A stretch of 64,000 nucleotides of DNA from Mobula hypostoma (lineage: Eukaryota), in the NCBI RefSeq assembly GCF_963921235.1, contig NC_086107.1, positions 99,326,001-99,390,000 on the forward strand, written 5' to 3'. The position numbers were made by a program, and so were the translations under genes. Shown piece after piece: positions 23,901-35,048 of this stretch. The notes beneath the pieces were generated by a model. That model saw nothing but the letters and a program-made list of their open reading frames with translations, ran no database searches and was not told the DNA's origin. The first letter of the stretch is position 1. Each line of letters starts with the position of its first letter.

Positions 23901-26900
23901 GTTGCTCATGGGGGGTGGGGGGTGGGGGGAGGAGGGCAGGTAATGAGGAAGGCATGTAGAATATTGTTTAAATGGTGTGGAACTTCCGGTATTGCTAAAT
24001 CTGGATTCTCCCTTATAAAAATCAAAGGAAGATACCAGCAGGTGATGAGGGAGGGAAGTGGTCTTTGTTCCAAGAGAATGGAGGATACCAGTAGGGAAGC
24101 TTTGCTTTGAATCGACTATATCTGAAGTATTGTGTGCAGTTGTGGTCTCCTTATTTAAGGCAGCATCCAGTTACCTTGGAGGTAGTTCACTGAAGCTTCA
24201 CTGGATTGATTCCTGGGGTGAAGCAGTCATCTCCTGAGGCAGGGTTGAGCAGATTAGGCCCACGCTCCCTGGGGTTGACTTGAAAAGGAAAGGTGACCCT
24301 AATGAAGTAAAAGTCTCTGAGGGGCTTTTGGAAGTGTGGTTCTTTCCTCTGGTGGGAAAATCTAGAACTGGAGATGAACTCTGAGGTTAAGGAGTCATTA
24401 CTGAGGTGAGGTGGAGTTCCTTCTCTCGGACTGAGCATCATCTACCGGATGAAGGGGGGAGTCATTAAGCCTAGGCCAAGCTGAGGAAGAGGGTTAGCCA
24501 TTACAGGAAGTGAAGGATTCTGGGGATCAGCGGAACGTAGGTGAAGATCTGATCAGATGTCATGCTCGAAAAGGGTGCCACAGTTTGTAATTGATACACC
24601 ACAGGGATGTACCTCAGTTTGTAAGTGATATACGGGAGCGATGTATCACAGTCTGTAATGGATATGCTGGGGGGATGTGTCAATGTTTACCTGAGGGCTG
24701 CATTATGGTTTATAATTGATATTTCCGAGATTGTTGTTGCTGTGGTTTGTAATTGATATTCCTACAGGGAACATCTCAACAGTCATGTTACAGTCTGAAA
24801 TTAATATTTGAGGAAGGGTGCTACAGTTGGTAATCAATGTGCCCATCAATGGTGAACAGTGGGTGTTGACTTTCCCTAGGGTGCTGGTCTAGTCTGTGAT
24901 CCACACACACAAATAGGTGCTACTGCATCTCCCGGTTGAGGGATTTGCTACATCTTATGAGCGGGGATTGGCCATTTATCAGAGTGAGCTCTCTTTGTTC
25001 AGTCGGTTTTTAATGAAATGTGGAACGTTGAGAATGTCCACGTTTCCCCCCATTTGCTCAACTTGCCCGTGATGGTGTGATACGAGGGTGGGCACGTGAA
25101 TGTCCAGGTCTGGGACATCACTAACTTCACAGCTCTTTGTTTCCTAGAAACGGTCGACCACTGAGAGCTTAGGAGGGCAAGTGGGACACCCACCAGAGGA
25201 TGACAATGCGTACATGGTGAGTGGAAATTTCTACGAGTACCGGGTACACTGGAGCAAGCCTTACACAGTAAGGACACCACACACACCTGTTCAGGGCTTC
25301 CTTCATCATGTCAGTAACTCGATTTTCACTCCTGTCGGTCATGCAAGTCCCGGGTGGAGACTCAGGAATACCGTCGCACTCAGATGTAGAAGGATTCTTC
25401 ACTGCTGTTTCCGTAACAATTTTGTTTCACCAGTCAGGGTTGTTAGCCCTGAGCTCAACCCCCAAACCTTTGAAGGTCTGGTGGACCACTCTTAGTCTGG
25501 CCTCTACCCTTTGACCTGTTTGGCATGGGTGACCAGACAAGAACCGAAGCATAAAGCCCTGACTCCAGAACCCGGACTGGAAAGAAAAGGGGGAGAAGTC
25601 AGAATAAGAAGCTAGAAAGCAGAATATTCTGACTTCTTCCTCCTTCCTTCCTTTGCTGTCCCGAGGAAGGGTCTTGGCCCGAAATGTCGACTGTTTATTC
25701 CCCTCCATAGATGCTGCCCGACCTGCTGAGTTCCTCCAGCACTTTGTGTGTGTTGTCCCACATTTCCAGCATCTGCAGAACCTCTTCTGTCTCTGAAACT
25801 TGGCAATATGGGGACTAACAGAAAATGGGTGTGTGGCATATAAACAGGAGCTGAGGCCGTGTGAGTGTGTTGTTTAAAGAGTCCAAGTGGCAGTGATGTT
25901 ATGCAGAAGGAAGTAGAAACTGGGAGTTTTCTACATAGAGTAAAAGATTGCAAGTGTGTTACATAGAGACTGAGTGAGGGTTACATAGAGGGCAACAGTG
26001 ATTAACACTGAGTCTAAAAGCTTCTATAAATCTTTTAAAAAGAAATAAATGGCTCAGTGGAAGTCCCCTACTGTCAGAAGAAGAATTCATAATGGGGAAG
26101 AGAGTAAAGCAGCATAATTAAGCAAGAAGTTCAGTTCCATCTTCACAAGGACAAAAGGAAAAGGTGGGGACAAGAATCCAGGGAGAGTGAGAAATTAAAG
26201 GAAATAAATGAGAAAACAGAATGGAGAAATTAATGTGTAATAATCCATCTACAGCCTGGAGTACTGGAGTACTGCAGTCAGGTGCGGTCACCCCATTCTA
26301 GCAAGGATGCGGAGGCTTTGGAGAGGGTGCAGAAGAGACTCAATTGGATGCTGCCTGGATCAGAGGGGTTGGACCCAATCTGGGTTGTTTTCTCTGGAGC
26401 AGCAGATGCTGAGAAGAGATCTGATAGAAGTTTATAAGATCACGAGAAGCATGGATAGAGTAGTTAGACAGTATCTTTCTCACAGGTTGGGGTGTCTAAT
26501 ACTAGAGGGTATCTACCTATCTCCTATTTAACCCTAGCCTAGCCACAGGACAATTTACAATGACCAATTAACCGGTACGTCTTTGGACTGCGGGAGGACA
26601 CCGGAGCACCCGGAGGAAACCCATGCGGTCACGGGGAGAACGTACAAACTCCTTACAGGCAGCGGTGGGAATTGAACCTGGGTCACTGGTACTGTAACAT
26701 CAAAGGAGAGATACAGGGCAAGTTTTGTTTACAAAGAATTCAGGTACCTGGAATGCACTGGTAGGGGTCCTGCTGGAATTTGATATTTAAGATGGTCTGA
26801 GATAAGCACATGAATGTGCGGAGGATGGAGGCATATGGAACAGGAGCAGGCAGAAGGGATTTGGTGCCATTTGCTCAATCAGTTCGGCACAACGTCCATA

Positions 26901-29900
26901 AGACCGTACGACATAGGGGCAGACATCAGCCATAGGGATGGTTCCTACGGTGGGCGTGCTACATTGGTGCCGGAAAGCGATACTTGCGGGCTGCCGCAGC
27001 ACATCCTTGGCTTGCGTTGGTTGTGAACACCAATAACGCACTTCACCGCATGTTTCAATGGATGTCATACATAAATCCATCCGAATCCATCTCCTGACAC
27101 CAGTCATGGGGATGATGCTAGGGGCTGTGCCATGAGATAATGGGGCGTCGAGTGGTGCAGCGGGTGATGAAGCTGCTCCCAGCTCTATCTGAGCGGGGTC
27201 CGATTCAGACCCGCGGTTCAGACTAGGTGGAGTTTGCAGGATCCTGCCATGACCACTTGGTGACCAATTTCCTCCAGAACTCCCGTTCCCTCCCACATTC
27301 CCCCAAAATGTGCTGACTGGCAGATTAATGGATGCTGGAAATTACCCCGGTCTGTAGTCTGGGGCTGATCCTCAGGAGATGCTAATGGGCACAAGGCAGG
27401 GAATGGGACACAGGGAAATAAGGGAGGGGGTGGAACTGAAGGAACTGTACTGAGAATTAGCATAGATTCAGTGGACTAAATCACCTCCTCCTCAGTCATA
27501 AGGATTTGCAAAGATATATGGAAAATTATCAGCAGGATAGATACAGTAATACCAACATGAGTTTATAGAAAAGATTCATGTTTTACAAACTGAGCAGAGT
27601 TTCTGAGGATGGGCCTGGTAGAAAAGATTGGGGAAAGCAAGCAGATGTGGCGATCTGAGATTTTCAGGCAGTCTTGTTAAACATTAGGGTTTAGGATTAG
27701 AATGCATGGTCTGTCCTGCGTGGATTAATGGACAGGAATAAAAGGGTCTCTTTTGTGGTGTCAGTTTACGGAATTCCATAAGAGCTGCTCATCCCTCAGC
27801 TCTTCATAATAGCCATCAACGATTTGGATCTTTTTGGATAGGCAACTTTTGGAAGTTAGCCAATGGCATTAAACTGGGTGGTCCAGTGAATTGTTAGAGG
27901 CTTCAAAGTGACAAGTTGAGTCAGTGGGCAAACTAATGGCAGATGCAGTTTAATGTGGCTAAATGTGAAGTGACCCACTCTGGTAAAACAAACAGGAAGG
28001 CTGCCTAATGATTAAACGGTGTAAGACCATGAGCCAGCAGAACAGAATTAGGTCATTCAAGGCATTAAGCTTGCACTGCCATTTGGTCATGGCTGATTTA
28101 CTATCCCTCTCAACTCCATTCTCCAGCCTTCTCCCTGTAACCTCTGATGTCCTTACTAATCTAGAACCTATCAGCCTCCTCTTTAGATACACCCAATGAC
28201 ATTACCTCCGCAGTTATCTGTGGCAATGAATTCCACAGATTCATCATTCTCTGGCTAAAGAAATTCCTCCTTGTTTCCGTTCTGAAGGAATCTTTGCATT
28301 CTGCGGTTCTGCCATCTGGTCCTGGACTCTTTCACTAATGGAAACATCCACTTTGCGTTCACTCAGAGCAGGTCTTTCAATATTTAATGGGCTTCAACGA
28401 GATTCCACCTCATTTTTCTAAACTCCAGTGAGTTTAGTCCCAGAGCCATACATTAACCCTTTCATTCCTGGGATCATTCTCATGAACCTCCTCTGGACTC
28501 CCTCCAATGCCAGCACATCCTTTCTGAGATAAGGATCCCAGAACTGCTCACAATACTCCATGTGTAGTCTGACCAATGCTTTATAAAGCCTCAGCAATCG
28601 CATCTTTTTTTTACATCAACTCCAGTGAGTGTTGACGTGCAAAGAAGCAAGTGTTCACTGCAGAAAACATGCAGGCAAAGTGAGGAGCTAAGGAGGCCTT
28701 CATAGCAAATGAATTTGAGTGCTCTTTCTGTAACATTAGTGGAAACAGTGTTATATGGAGAGGAATGTAAAATTGGAGATGCAAAGGGACTTGGGAGTCC
28801 GAGTGCAGGGTTCCCTAAAGATTATCTTGTAGGTCGAGTCGGTAGTAAGGAAGGCGAATGCAATGTTAGCATTCATTTTGAGAGGACTAGAATATAAAAG
28901 CAAGAATGTAATGATGAGAATCCAAGGAAGGATGTGCTGGCTTTGGAGAAGATCCAGAGGAGGTTCACAAGAATGACCCCAGCAGCGAAAGGTTTATGGA
29001 TGAGAAGTGTTTAATATCTCTGGGCCTGTACTCACTGGAGCTTAGAAGAATGAGGGGGAATCTCATTCAAATCTACCGAAAACTAAAAGGCCTAGATAGA
29101 GTGGACGATAATCCAGGTCTAGATGGTACAGCCACAGAATGCAAGCGTGTCCCTTTGGAATTGAATTGACTTTATTACTTACATCCTTCATGTACATGCG
29201 GAGTAAGAATCTTTACATTACGTCTCCGTCTAAATGTGCAGTGTGCAATTTGTATTAATTTATAATAAATAGTATGTACAACAGGACAGTCAATATGACA
29301 TAGAAATACAATTGTGACAGCATGAATTAATCAGTCTGATGGCCTGGTGGAAGAAGCTGTCCCAGAGCCTGCTGGTCCTGGCTTTTATGCTGCGGTACCG
29401 TTTCCCGGATGGTAGCGCTGGAACAGTTTGTGGTTGGGGTGACTCGGGTCCCCAATGATCCTTCGGGCCCTTTTTACACACCTGTCTCTGTAAAAGTCCA
29501 GAATAGTGGGAAGTTCACATCTACAGAGATGAGGAGGAATTTCTCTCGCCCAAGGGTGGTGAATTTGTGGAATTCATTGCCACAGACGGCTGTGGAAGCC
29601 AAGTCATCGGGTATATTTAAAGCGGAGACTGATAGGTTCTTGATTAGTAACAGCGTCAAAGGTTACGAGGAGAAGGCAGGAGAATGGGGTTGAGGTAATA
29701 AATGAACCATGATAGAATGGCGGAGTAGACTCAATGGGCCGAATGGCCCAATTCTGCTGCTTTGTCTTGTGGTCTTAAATCAGGAGCGAAAGAGATAAGG
29801 GGTCTGCTATGTACGCGATAATGAGCAAATGGAAAATTATATAAAGGTTGACAGAGACTGCGTGTGAGTATTTTAGAGGGTATCAGATTGGGAGAGTGCA

Positions 29901-32516
29901 AAATAGAGATTAACAGGGAATAAGTATGCCCTGGATAGAGGGCAAAGGAGTTAGGCTGTGTTATACAGAGTACAGGGTGGGTTTTACATAGAGAGCAGCA
30001 GTGTATGATGTGTTCTATATAAGGAGTAAATGGAGAAGCGGGAGAATTTGTGCACAGGGTGTTGGACATTCATAGCCCAGGGGGAACCTGTACATTAACA
30101 GAGAGTAGCAGTGATTGAAAATACATTTTCCCGTGGGGGCAGAGGCAGAGTGCGTTTCACCTTGAGTAACAGAGACAGTGACGTTATCGTTCAGTCAGTA
30201 AATGAGCCGACGGCTGTGTTATGCAGGGAGCTGCGATTTGAATGGAGTGCGACCGAGGCTGGCGGCTCTTTATCTTTGGGGGGGGGGGAGAAAAACGAGG
30301 GAAGTGGTGTAATTCTGAAAGCACGGAGGTGATCGCCTCATAACGCGTGGAGAAGGAATATTTGGGAGTGGGAGATGGCTGGACACAGAATCAGAAGGGC
30401 CGCAGATACTGGAATCTAAAACTAAAATTAAACCTGATTGAACCGCTCAACAGATCAAACAGCATCTGTGGAATGAGGACCAGAGTTAACAATTCATCTC
30501 AAAGATCCCTCTCCAGAACAGAGGCAGAAAGAACTCAGGTTTAAATTGCGGTAAAATGGGGATAGAAGGCACTCAGCCTGAGAAGTTGAATTGTTGATTT
30601 CCCTCCATAGAAGCTGTTTGACCTGCTGAGTTCCGCCAGCATTCTGAGTGTGCTGTTTGAATTTGCAGATCTGGGTGTTGGAGGAGGGGGTGTTCGGGGA
30701 TAGATAAGACAGATGGGATGTATCCGATGAGGTGAGGCCAGATTTGCCATGGGGGATAAGTTGATACTATTTGGTTGATAAGCTAATGGGGGAAAGGAGA
30801 GAGAGGGCATGAGAAAGGAGCGTAGAAACAGTCGATATTTACAGGGAATCCACTGGAGTTTGTCGGTGTTCATGGGGATCTCCGGGCCATGCCAGTATTC
30901 ACAGGGGTCCCAAGGAGAGTGCTGGTATTCAGAGGGGTCCCGGGGAGAGTGTCGATGTTCATAGGGGGGTCTTCGGAGCCTGCTAGTATTCACAGAGGTC
31001 CCAGAGAGCATATTGGTATTTACAGGGGATCCCAGGGTGAGTGCCGGTATTCACAGAGGTCCCGGGTAGATTGTCCGTATTTACGGGAGGTCCCGGGGAG
31101 AGTGTGAGTATTTACAGGAGGTCCCGGGGAGAGTGTCGGTATTTACAGGCGGTCCCGGGGAGACTACTGGTATTTATAGAGGGTCCAAAGGTGAGTGCCA
31201 GTATTCACAGGGGGGTCCAAGGGTGAGTGCTGGTATTCACAGGGGCCCCGGGGTGAGTGTCGGTACTTATAGAGGTCCCGGGGAGCGTGCCGGTATTCAC
31301 AGGGGTCCCGAGAAGAGTGCTGGTATTTATAGAGGGTCCAAGGGTGAGTGTCGGTATTCACAGAGGTCCCAGGGAGCTTGCCGGTATTCACAGGAGGTCC
31401 CGGGGAGAGTGTCGGTATTTATAAGGGGTCCCAGGGAGAGATGGTATTTATAGGGGATCCTAGGGTGAGTGCCGGTATTCACAGGGGTCCCGGGGGGAGT
31501 GCCGGTATTCACAGGAGTGCCGGTATTCACAGTGGATCCCGGAAGTGTGTCGGTAGTGAGAAGTCCCTGATCTCTGCCTCTCCACAGACACTCAAGAGTC
31601 CCCAGGAATCTATATACAACACGCTCCATGACGCTGGCAACACAGAAGGCACCTCCGCCGCGAAGAAGTCGCTAAAGGTGAGCACCGCCCTTTCACCCAG
31701 CGGCCCACAGCCCAGTCCCAGCACCACTGGGCATCTGGGGCCACCCGCGAGCACCGCGGCTTCGGGCTGCCAGATGGGTGGGCCGGAGTCACGGGCCGAT
31801 CTCAGCCTGCCGGGGAATCCCGCTAAACCGCCATTGAGCAGTGGGTGGGCTCACTGCCACTTGGCTCCGATGGGTGGTGTCACCCGGGTGCGTTGGGTGG
31901 CCTCGCTGATGTCTCGGCGCTCATTGTATGTTGACCCTGCCAAGGGCCGAAGCACGGGACCCTGTCTCCAACCTATCGTATCTCTTTGGGTCACTGAGGC
32001 TCGCAACCCTCCAAACTCAACAACAAGATCGTGGCCCTCTTGGAGGGAGTCTATTCACTGTCTGCCCGGTATTAGGTTAGGCGGTCTTGCTGATGGCTGG
32101 CATCGACTGGGTGGTCTGGCTAACCAGCCAGAGTGTGACAAGCCATCTGATTAATTGGTCAGTGTCTCTGATGGTCTCACTAACCAGCCAGCAACTGTTG
32201 AAGGTTCTCGCTGACTGTCCACGGTGTGGGCAATGGCCAGCAGGTGCTGTAAGGAGTTAATTTCTCTGGAGATGCAGAGTGAAGGGAGGTTGGTTCCTGC
32301 CCACTGATTTCTCACGCCCCCCCCCGCCCAATTACTCCCACCAATTGGGAACCGAATCCAGAACCTTCTGACGAGGTGGGTCTGCGACACTGGGTCACCC
32401 AGTGCCTCTGTGCGCGGCTAACTGTAACCTTGCTTTTCCGTCTGTTGCAGAAGGAGCACACGGAGCCGGCGGTGGCTGACGCCGACGTCTACGAGTGTGT
32501 CTATGAGACTTACTGA
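8668..32516 (+). CDS. NFAM1: NFAM1-like single-Ig ITAM receptor, 5'-partial; join(8668-8994,15943-16052,22817-22876,25148-25216,31588-31677,32451-32516), ~240 aa
   Basis: All six exons have AG/GT boundaries and compatible phases (1-1, 1-0, 0-0, 0-0, 0-0, 0-stop; 722 nt plus 1 nt from a missing leader exon). Architecture IgV + TM + ITAM + C-terminal VYE motif matches mammalian NFAM1 as I recall it. Orthology is not verified by search. Confidence 0.8.
9722..10245 (+). mobile_element. CR1 LINE 3' fragment inserted in an older CR1 remnant
   Basis: ORF 9725-10159 (RKDILAIEGVQRRFTRLIPG...FFTQRVVDIWNALP) followed by the CR1 3' UTR/tail. Confidence 0.9.
10488..11280 (-). mobile_element. Solo LTR (793 bp)
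   Basis: Starts TGTCA, ends TAACA, flanked by a 4-bp direct repeat GGAG (10484-10487 / 11281-11284); AATAAA on the minus strand near 10550; no internal coding sequence. Confidence 0.75.
11570..12200 (-). mobile_element. CR1 3' fragment interrupted by a LINE 3' tail ending (CTATGA)n
   Basis: CR1 3' UTR and C-terminal sequence; AT-rich insert at ~11690-11828 with AATAAA and TATGAC repeats. Confidence 0.7.
12835..13359 (+). mobile_element. RTE-clade LINE 3' fragment with 12-bp TSD
   Basis: ESILTYGCETWTL...RRLQLAGHCLRHPE...GRPPKT peptide; AGTACTGGTGCA duplicated at 12823-12834 and 13360-13371, inside an older CR1. Confidence 0.85.
13470..14170. mobile_element. Penelope-like element fragment with inverted partial terminal repeat
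   Basis: Minus-strand ISIHGLLYC...LRLDEQHLIFCLGSLQPDGMNIDFSNF (PLE GIY-YIG C-terminus); terminal repeat in opposite orientations at ~13500-13600 and ~14036-14170, each with a hammerhead-like core. Confidence 0.85.
14990..15086 (+). promoter_or_regulatory. Candidate internal promoter and alternative first exon of the NFAM1-like gene
   Basis: Inverted CCAAT (ATTGG 14993), GTCACGTG E-box (15030), X-box-like GTTGCCATGG overlapping a Kozak gccATGG (15050), 12 codons + G, then AAG|GTATGG donor in phase 1, in frame with the TM exon. Confidence 0.35.
15943..16052 (+). CDS. NFAM1: Stalk + transmembrane exon of the NFAM1-like gene
   Basis: ttgcag|CG...GGG AAG|gtcagt; (A)SVQPQHQTSMYTVMGISTALAVYSVSVTVIVLVKGK, a hydrophobic span followed by a basic stop-transfer. 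Confidence 0.88.
16483..17050 (-). mobile_element. Non-coding retroposon family X, copy 1
   Basis: Homologous to 60313-60990 and 62410-63042; shares the AATAAA + GAGGAC...GTCYTC hairpin + AATCT 3' end. Confidence 0.75.
17070..18400. repeat. G-rich minisatellite (~26-bp CCAGTGATGGGGGAGGAAGGGGGG units, then about four 99-bp units)
   Basis: Directly visible; the 33-aa periodicity of ORFs 17758-18459 and 17837-18493 gives the 99-bp period; a related remnant lies at 16380-16480. Confidence 0.95.
18800..19636 (+). mobile_element. Rex1/Babar LINE 3' end with (GATTCT)n tail
   Basis: KKAKQRLYFIRSLKRFG...LPSGRRYRSL...RFRNSFFPSAIR-type C-terminus; same family as 54800-55335. Confidence 0.8.
19049..19246. 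mobile_element. Penelope-derived fold-back mini-element with 13-bp TSD
   Basis: Inverted arms around a hammerhead core; AAAGTGCCCAGGA (19036-19048) / AAAGTACCCAGGA (19247-19259); the uninterrupted host sequence is seen at ~54917. Confidence 0.85.
20251..20457. mobile_element. Penelope-derived fold-back mini-element with ~12-bp TSD
   Basis: GCTGGAGGAACTCAGCAGGCCAGGC ... GCCTGGCCTGCTGAGTTCCTCCAGC inverted arms; CTCGGTAACACA (20239) / CTCGGAAACACA (20458). Confidence 0.8.
21361..21552. mobile_element. Penelope-derived fold-back mini-element
   Basis: Same inverted arms; + strand CTGATGA-AGGGCCTTGGCCC-GAAA core at 21457-21480. Confidence 0.75.
21599..22523. repeat. 42-bp minisatellite, ~22 near-perfect copies
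   Basis: Unit AGATACAAAACCCAGAGATCATGTGCCACCATGCCCTAGGGT; 14-aa periodicity in the ORF track. Confidence 0.97.
22817..22876 (+). CDS. NFAM1: Cytoplasmic exon 1 (TWSRCKSYWTKTPNGNVTEK)
   Basis: ttctttatgttctag|ACC...GAG AAG|gtaaga; 60 nt, phase 0-0, open in frame. Confidence 0.75.
25148..25216 (+). CDS. NFAM1: Cytoplasmic exon 2 (KRSTTESLGGQVGHPPEDDNAYM), first ITAM tyrosine
   Basis: ctctttgtttcctag|AAA...TAC ATG|gtgagt; 69 nt, phase 0-0. Confidence 0.85.
26510..26700 (-). mobile_element. HE1/V-SINE-like tRNA-derived SINE (other copies ~21145-21265, 27140-27480, 32810-33070, 59865-59990, 61490-61620)
   Basis: Conserved GGAGGAAACCCA(T/C)GCGGTCACGGGGAGAACGTACAAACTCC core and a B-box-like GGGTTCAATTCCC on the sense strand. 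Confidence 0.7.
27500..29780. mobile_element. Cluster of nested, decayed CR1 and Rex1/Babar fragments
   Basis: RLYKALVRLHMEYCEQFW (28418-28603 -), RVVNLWNSLPQ (29409-29693 +), LPSGKRYRSIKARTSRLWDSFF (29290-29481 -). Confidence 0.75.
30830..31555. repeat. ~29-30-bp minisatellite (GTGCCGGTATTCACAGRGGTCCCGGGGAGA)
   Basis: Directly visible diverged tandem array ending ~30 nt before the 31588 exon. Confidence 0.9.
31588..31677 (+). CDS. NFAM1: Cytoplasmic exon 3 (TLKSPQESIYNTLHDAGNTEGTSAAKKSLK), completes the ITAM
   Basis: ctctgcctctccacag|ACA...CTA AAG|gtgagc; 90 nt, phase 0-0. Confidence 0.88.
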
Positions 32517-33150
32517 GTCCGGCTCCGGCGGGGAACAGCAAGGAGCGACCCGCCCATCCAGTCCCACGCGTCCGCCCCTGCCGCTGCGCGTCTGTCGCGG
32601 AGGCTGCGTCTCTTCCTGGAGCTAGTGCCCTCGGCCATCCCTCCCCCGCAGTCAAATGTCCACGGGAATCCCTAGAGAAAGCGTATCCACAGACTCAGGA
32701 CAGCGGGAGGTGTTCACTCACCCGCTTAGCTGGGCCAGACCTTCGTCTCCCCAGGTGTGTAGCCCGCAGGGGTGAGCTAGAGTCTCCTGTTGCCAAATCG
32801 TTTCGCTTTTTTAATTTGGCGATACCGCGCAGAATAGGCCCTCCCGGCCTTCCGAGCTGCACAACCCAGCAAGCCCCAGTAATCGCAGTTTAACCCTAAC
32901 CCAATGATGGGGTAACTTCAATGACCAGTTAACGCACCTGCGGACTGCGGGAGGAACCCGGAGCACCCGGGAAACCCGCGCATTCAACGGGGAGGAGGTA
33001 CGGAGGATGCCGGGTTTGAACTCCGCACTGTGGCCCGAGGTGTAACCGGGCCGCACTAACCGCGGCCCCCCCTCTGAAATTTCCGTCGCGTTCTCACTCC
33101 GACCTGTCCGTCTCTGAGACCTGCTCTCTTCCAACAAAGCCCGAAGTTCA
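31620..33150. promoter_or_regulatory. CpG-rich island over the last two coding exons and 3' UTR
   Basis: Visibly high GC and CpG density compared with the CpG-depleted flanks (not computed). Confidence 0.5.
32451..32516 (+). CDS. NFAM1: Terminal coding exon (KEHTEPAVADADVYECVYETY*)
   Basis: ccttgcttttccgtctgttgcag|AAG...TAC TGA; acidic residues followed by a VYE motif at the extreme C-terminus. Confidence 0.85.
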   Translation, partial: KEHTEPAVADADVYECVYETY

Positions 33151-35048
33151 TCACACCATCTTCCCGCTGGAAAATAAGAGCGTTTCTGCTCCACAGTCTC
33201 GTCTGATCACCAGATAGTCCAATCTGGTATCTCGTCCCCTGCATCCAGCAGTCACAGTCTGGTGTTCCCACGTTTTGTTTCACCTCCTCCTGTATGCACC
33301 ACCCACAGAGATTCATCCAGAAATCAGAACCGTCCGAATTAGTACGTTAACCTAGCCAGGACCGGCCCCACCGTGATGCAGGTGGTAAGGAGGACTAGCC
33401 AAGTCCCAACACACACAAAAAGCCAGCAAGTCAGGCAGCATCTATGAATGGGGTAAAAGAGTCAATGCTTCAGGTGAGACCCTTCATCGGACCCTGCTGA
33501 AGGGCCTCGGCCCGCAGCGTCGACTGCTTATTCCCCTCCATAGATGCTGCCCGACCTGCTGAGTTCCTCCGGCATTCTGCGCCTGTTGCTCAAGGCTTCC
33601 AGCTTCTGCAGAACCTCGCAGTTAGTCCCAAGGTGTGTGTTTCTCAGCATCATTGTGGTTGAGCTGTGGGTTGGGGGACGTAATCAGACCCCAAAGGGGC
33701 GGTCTCCGGAACAGCTACAGGCCAACTGCATTAACGGCAAGGAGGGGAGCAACGGGATCTTCACGCTCTGTTGCCCCAGGCCACAAATTGTGACCGGTGG
33801 CACCCCACTCTGAAAGTGGGACGGTCAGTGAGGGAGCAGAGTAGCACCAAGGAGCATAAAATATAAAGTCTCCACACGGTGAGGGAACAAGAAAAAGGCT
33901 AGTCCCAGGATAATGACCTTTCCAATATGAGATCAAATGTAGTGATCGGGGTCTTTAATGTGAGCCTTAATCTGGGGATTTTGGCGGCTGGGCTCCTCGT
34001 ATTTTTTGAGGCTCGGAGACGAGACCGAGACCCGATATTGCCGCAGGTTTAACTGACCCATGAGGAAGTGGGGGTGCCAGCGGGGAGATAACCTGAAGTG
34101 CCTGGTCCAGCTCCAAGAACTTCATCTGGGAAATGATTGCTAGGGCGGTCCACGTTTGGGTGAAACCAATGTTGGATCCGGCAGCGAGGAGAAATCTCGC
34201 TCCAGTCAGTGCCGTCGGTGGCCCAGACACTTCCCTCAGTGAGGCTAATGAGTGCTGTGTCCACAGCAACCCAACGAAACAGCACATTAAAGTCAAGCCT
34301 CTTGCGCTTCCATCATTGGACAGAAAACGTAGCGAGCAAACTCCACAAAAATGTGAATTAAAGGTGTGCGCAACCCGACATCAATGTTCTGGTCACCATT
34401 TCTTTCTCAATTCGTGCACGCAATCTTTGCTGCAAGATCTTCAATTGTTAGGACATCTCTGTGGTGGAGGATGCTGAGGTCAAAGAGTTAAACAGTACAG
34501 AGTGAGGCCCTTCAGCCCATCATATCTGTGCTGACCCTCGTACTTATCTGTACTAGTTCCTTTCACCCATGTTTGGCCCTTGGCCTTGTGTGCCAGCGTC
34601 TACTACCTTGATCATCCTCTCTGTGGGACTGGCCCACCTACAACCGGACCATGGGGGTATGATAGGGGGGAGAGGGGTCTGGATTCCTGCCTTCCCCTGA
34701 ACCACGCTTTGCTTCCTCTCCAGCCTAGTCTGCGGCTGGGCAATGGCAGACAGAGCGAAGTGACCTCGCCAGCTTCAGCTCCACGGTGACGTGGCAGGGC
34801 CGAGTCTGCCCCGAGCCCCCTGCCACGAAAGGCACTCACTCATCTTACAGCCAGCATGATGTGATGGGACCATCACACTACTCCAAACCGATTTCCCACC
34901 AGTTTTGCAGTCTGTTTTGAGATGTCCAAGCCAGCATTAGCACGGTTAAATGCACCAAGTCCATACATCTACACCTCATGGTCTTCCCATGTTTCAGGAG
35001 CACGTTGGAACACTCTCTAGTTGCCTGGATGATGAATGGTCCAGGTAG

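Noticed and set aside
31348..32154. 268-aa + strand ORF
   Set aside because: Minisatellite plus read-through of the real 90-nt exon into GC-rich intron; only 31588-31677 is supported.
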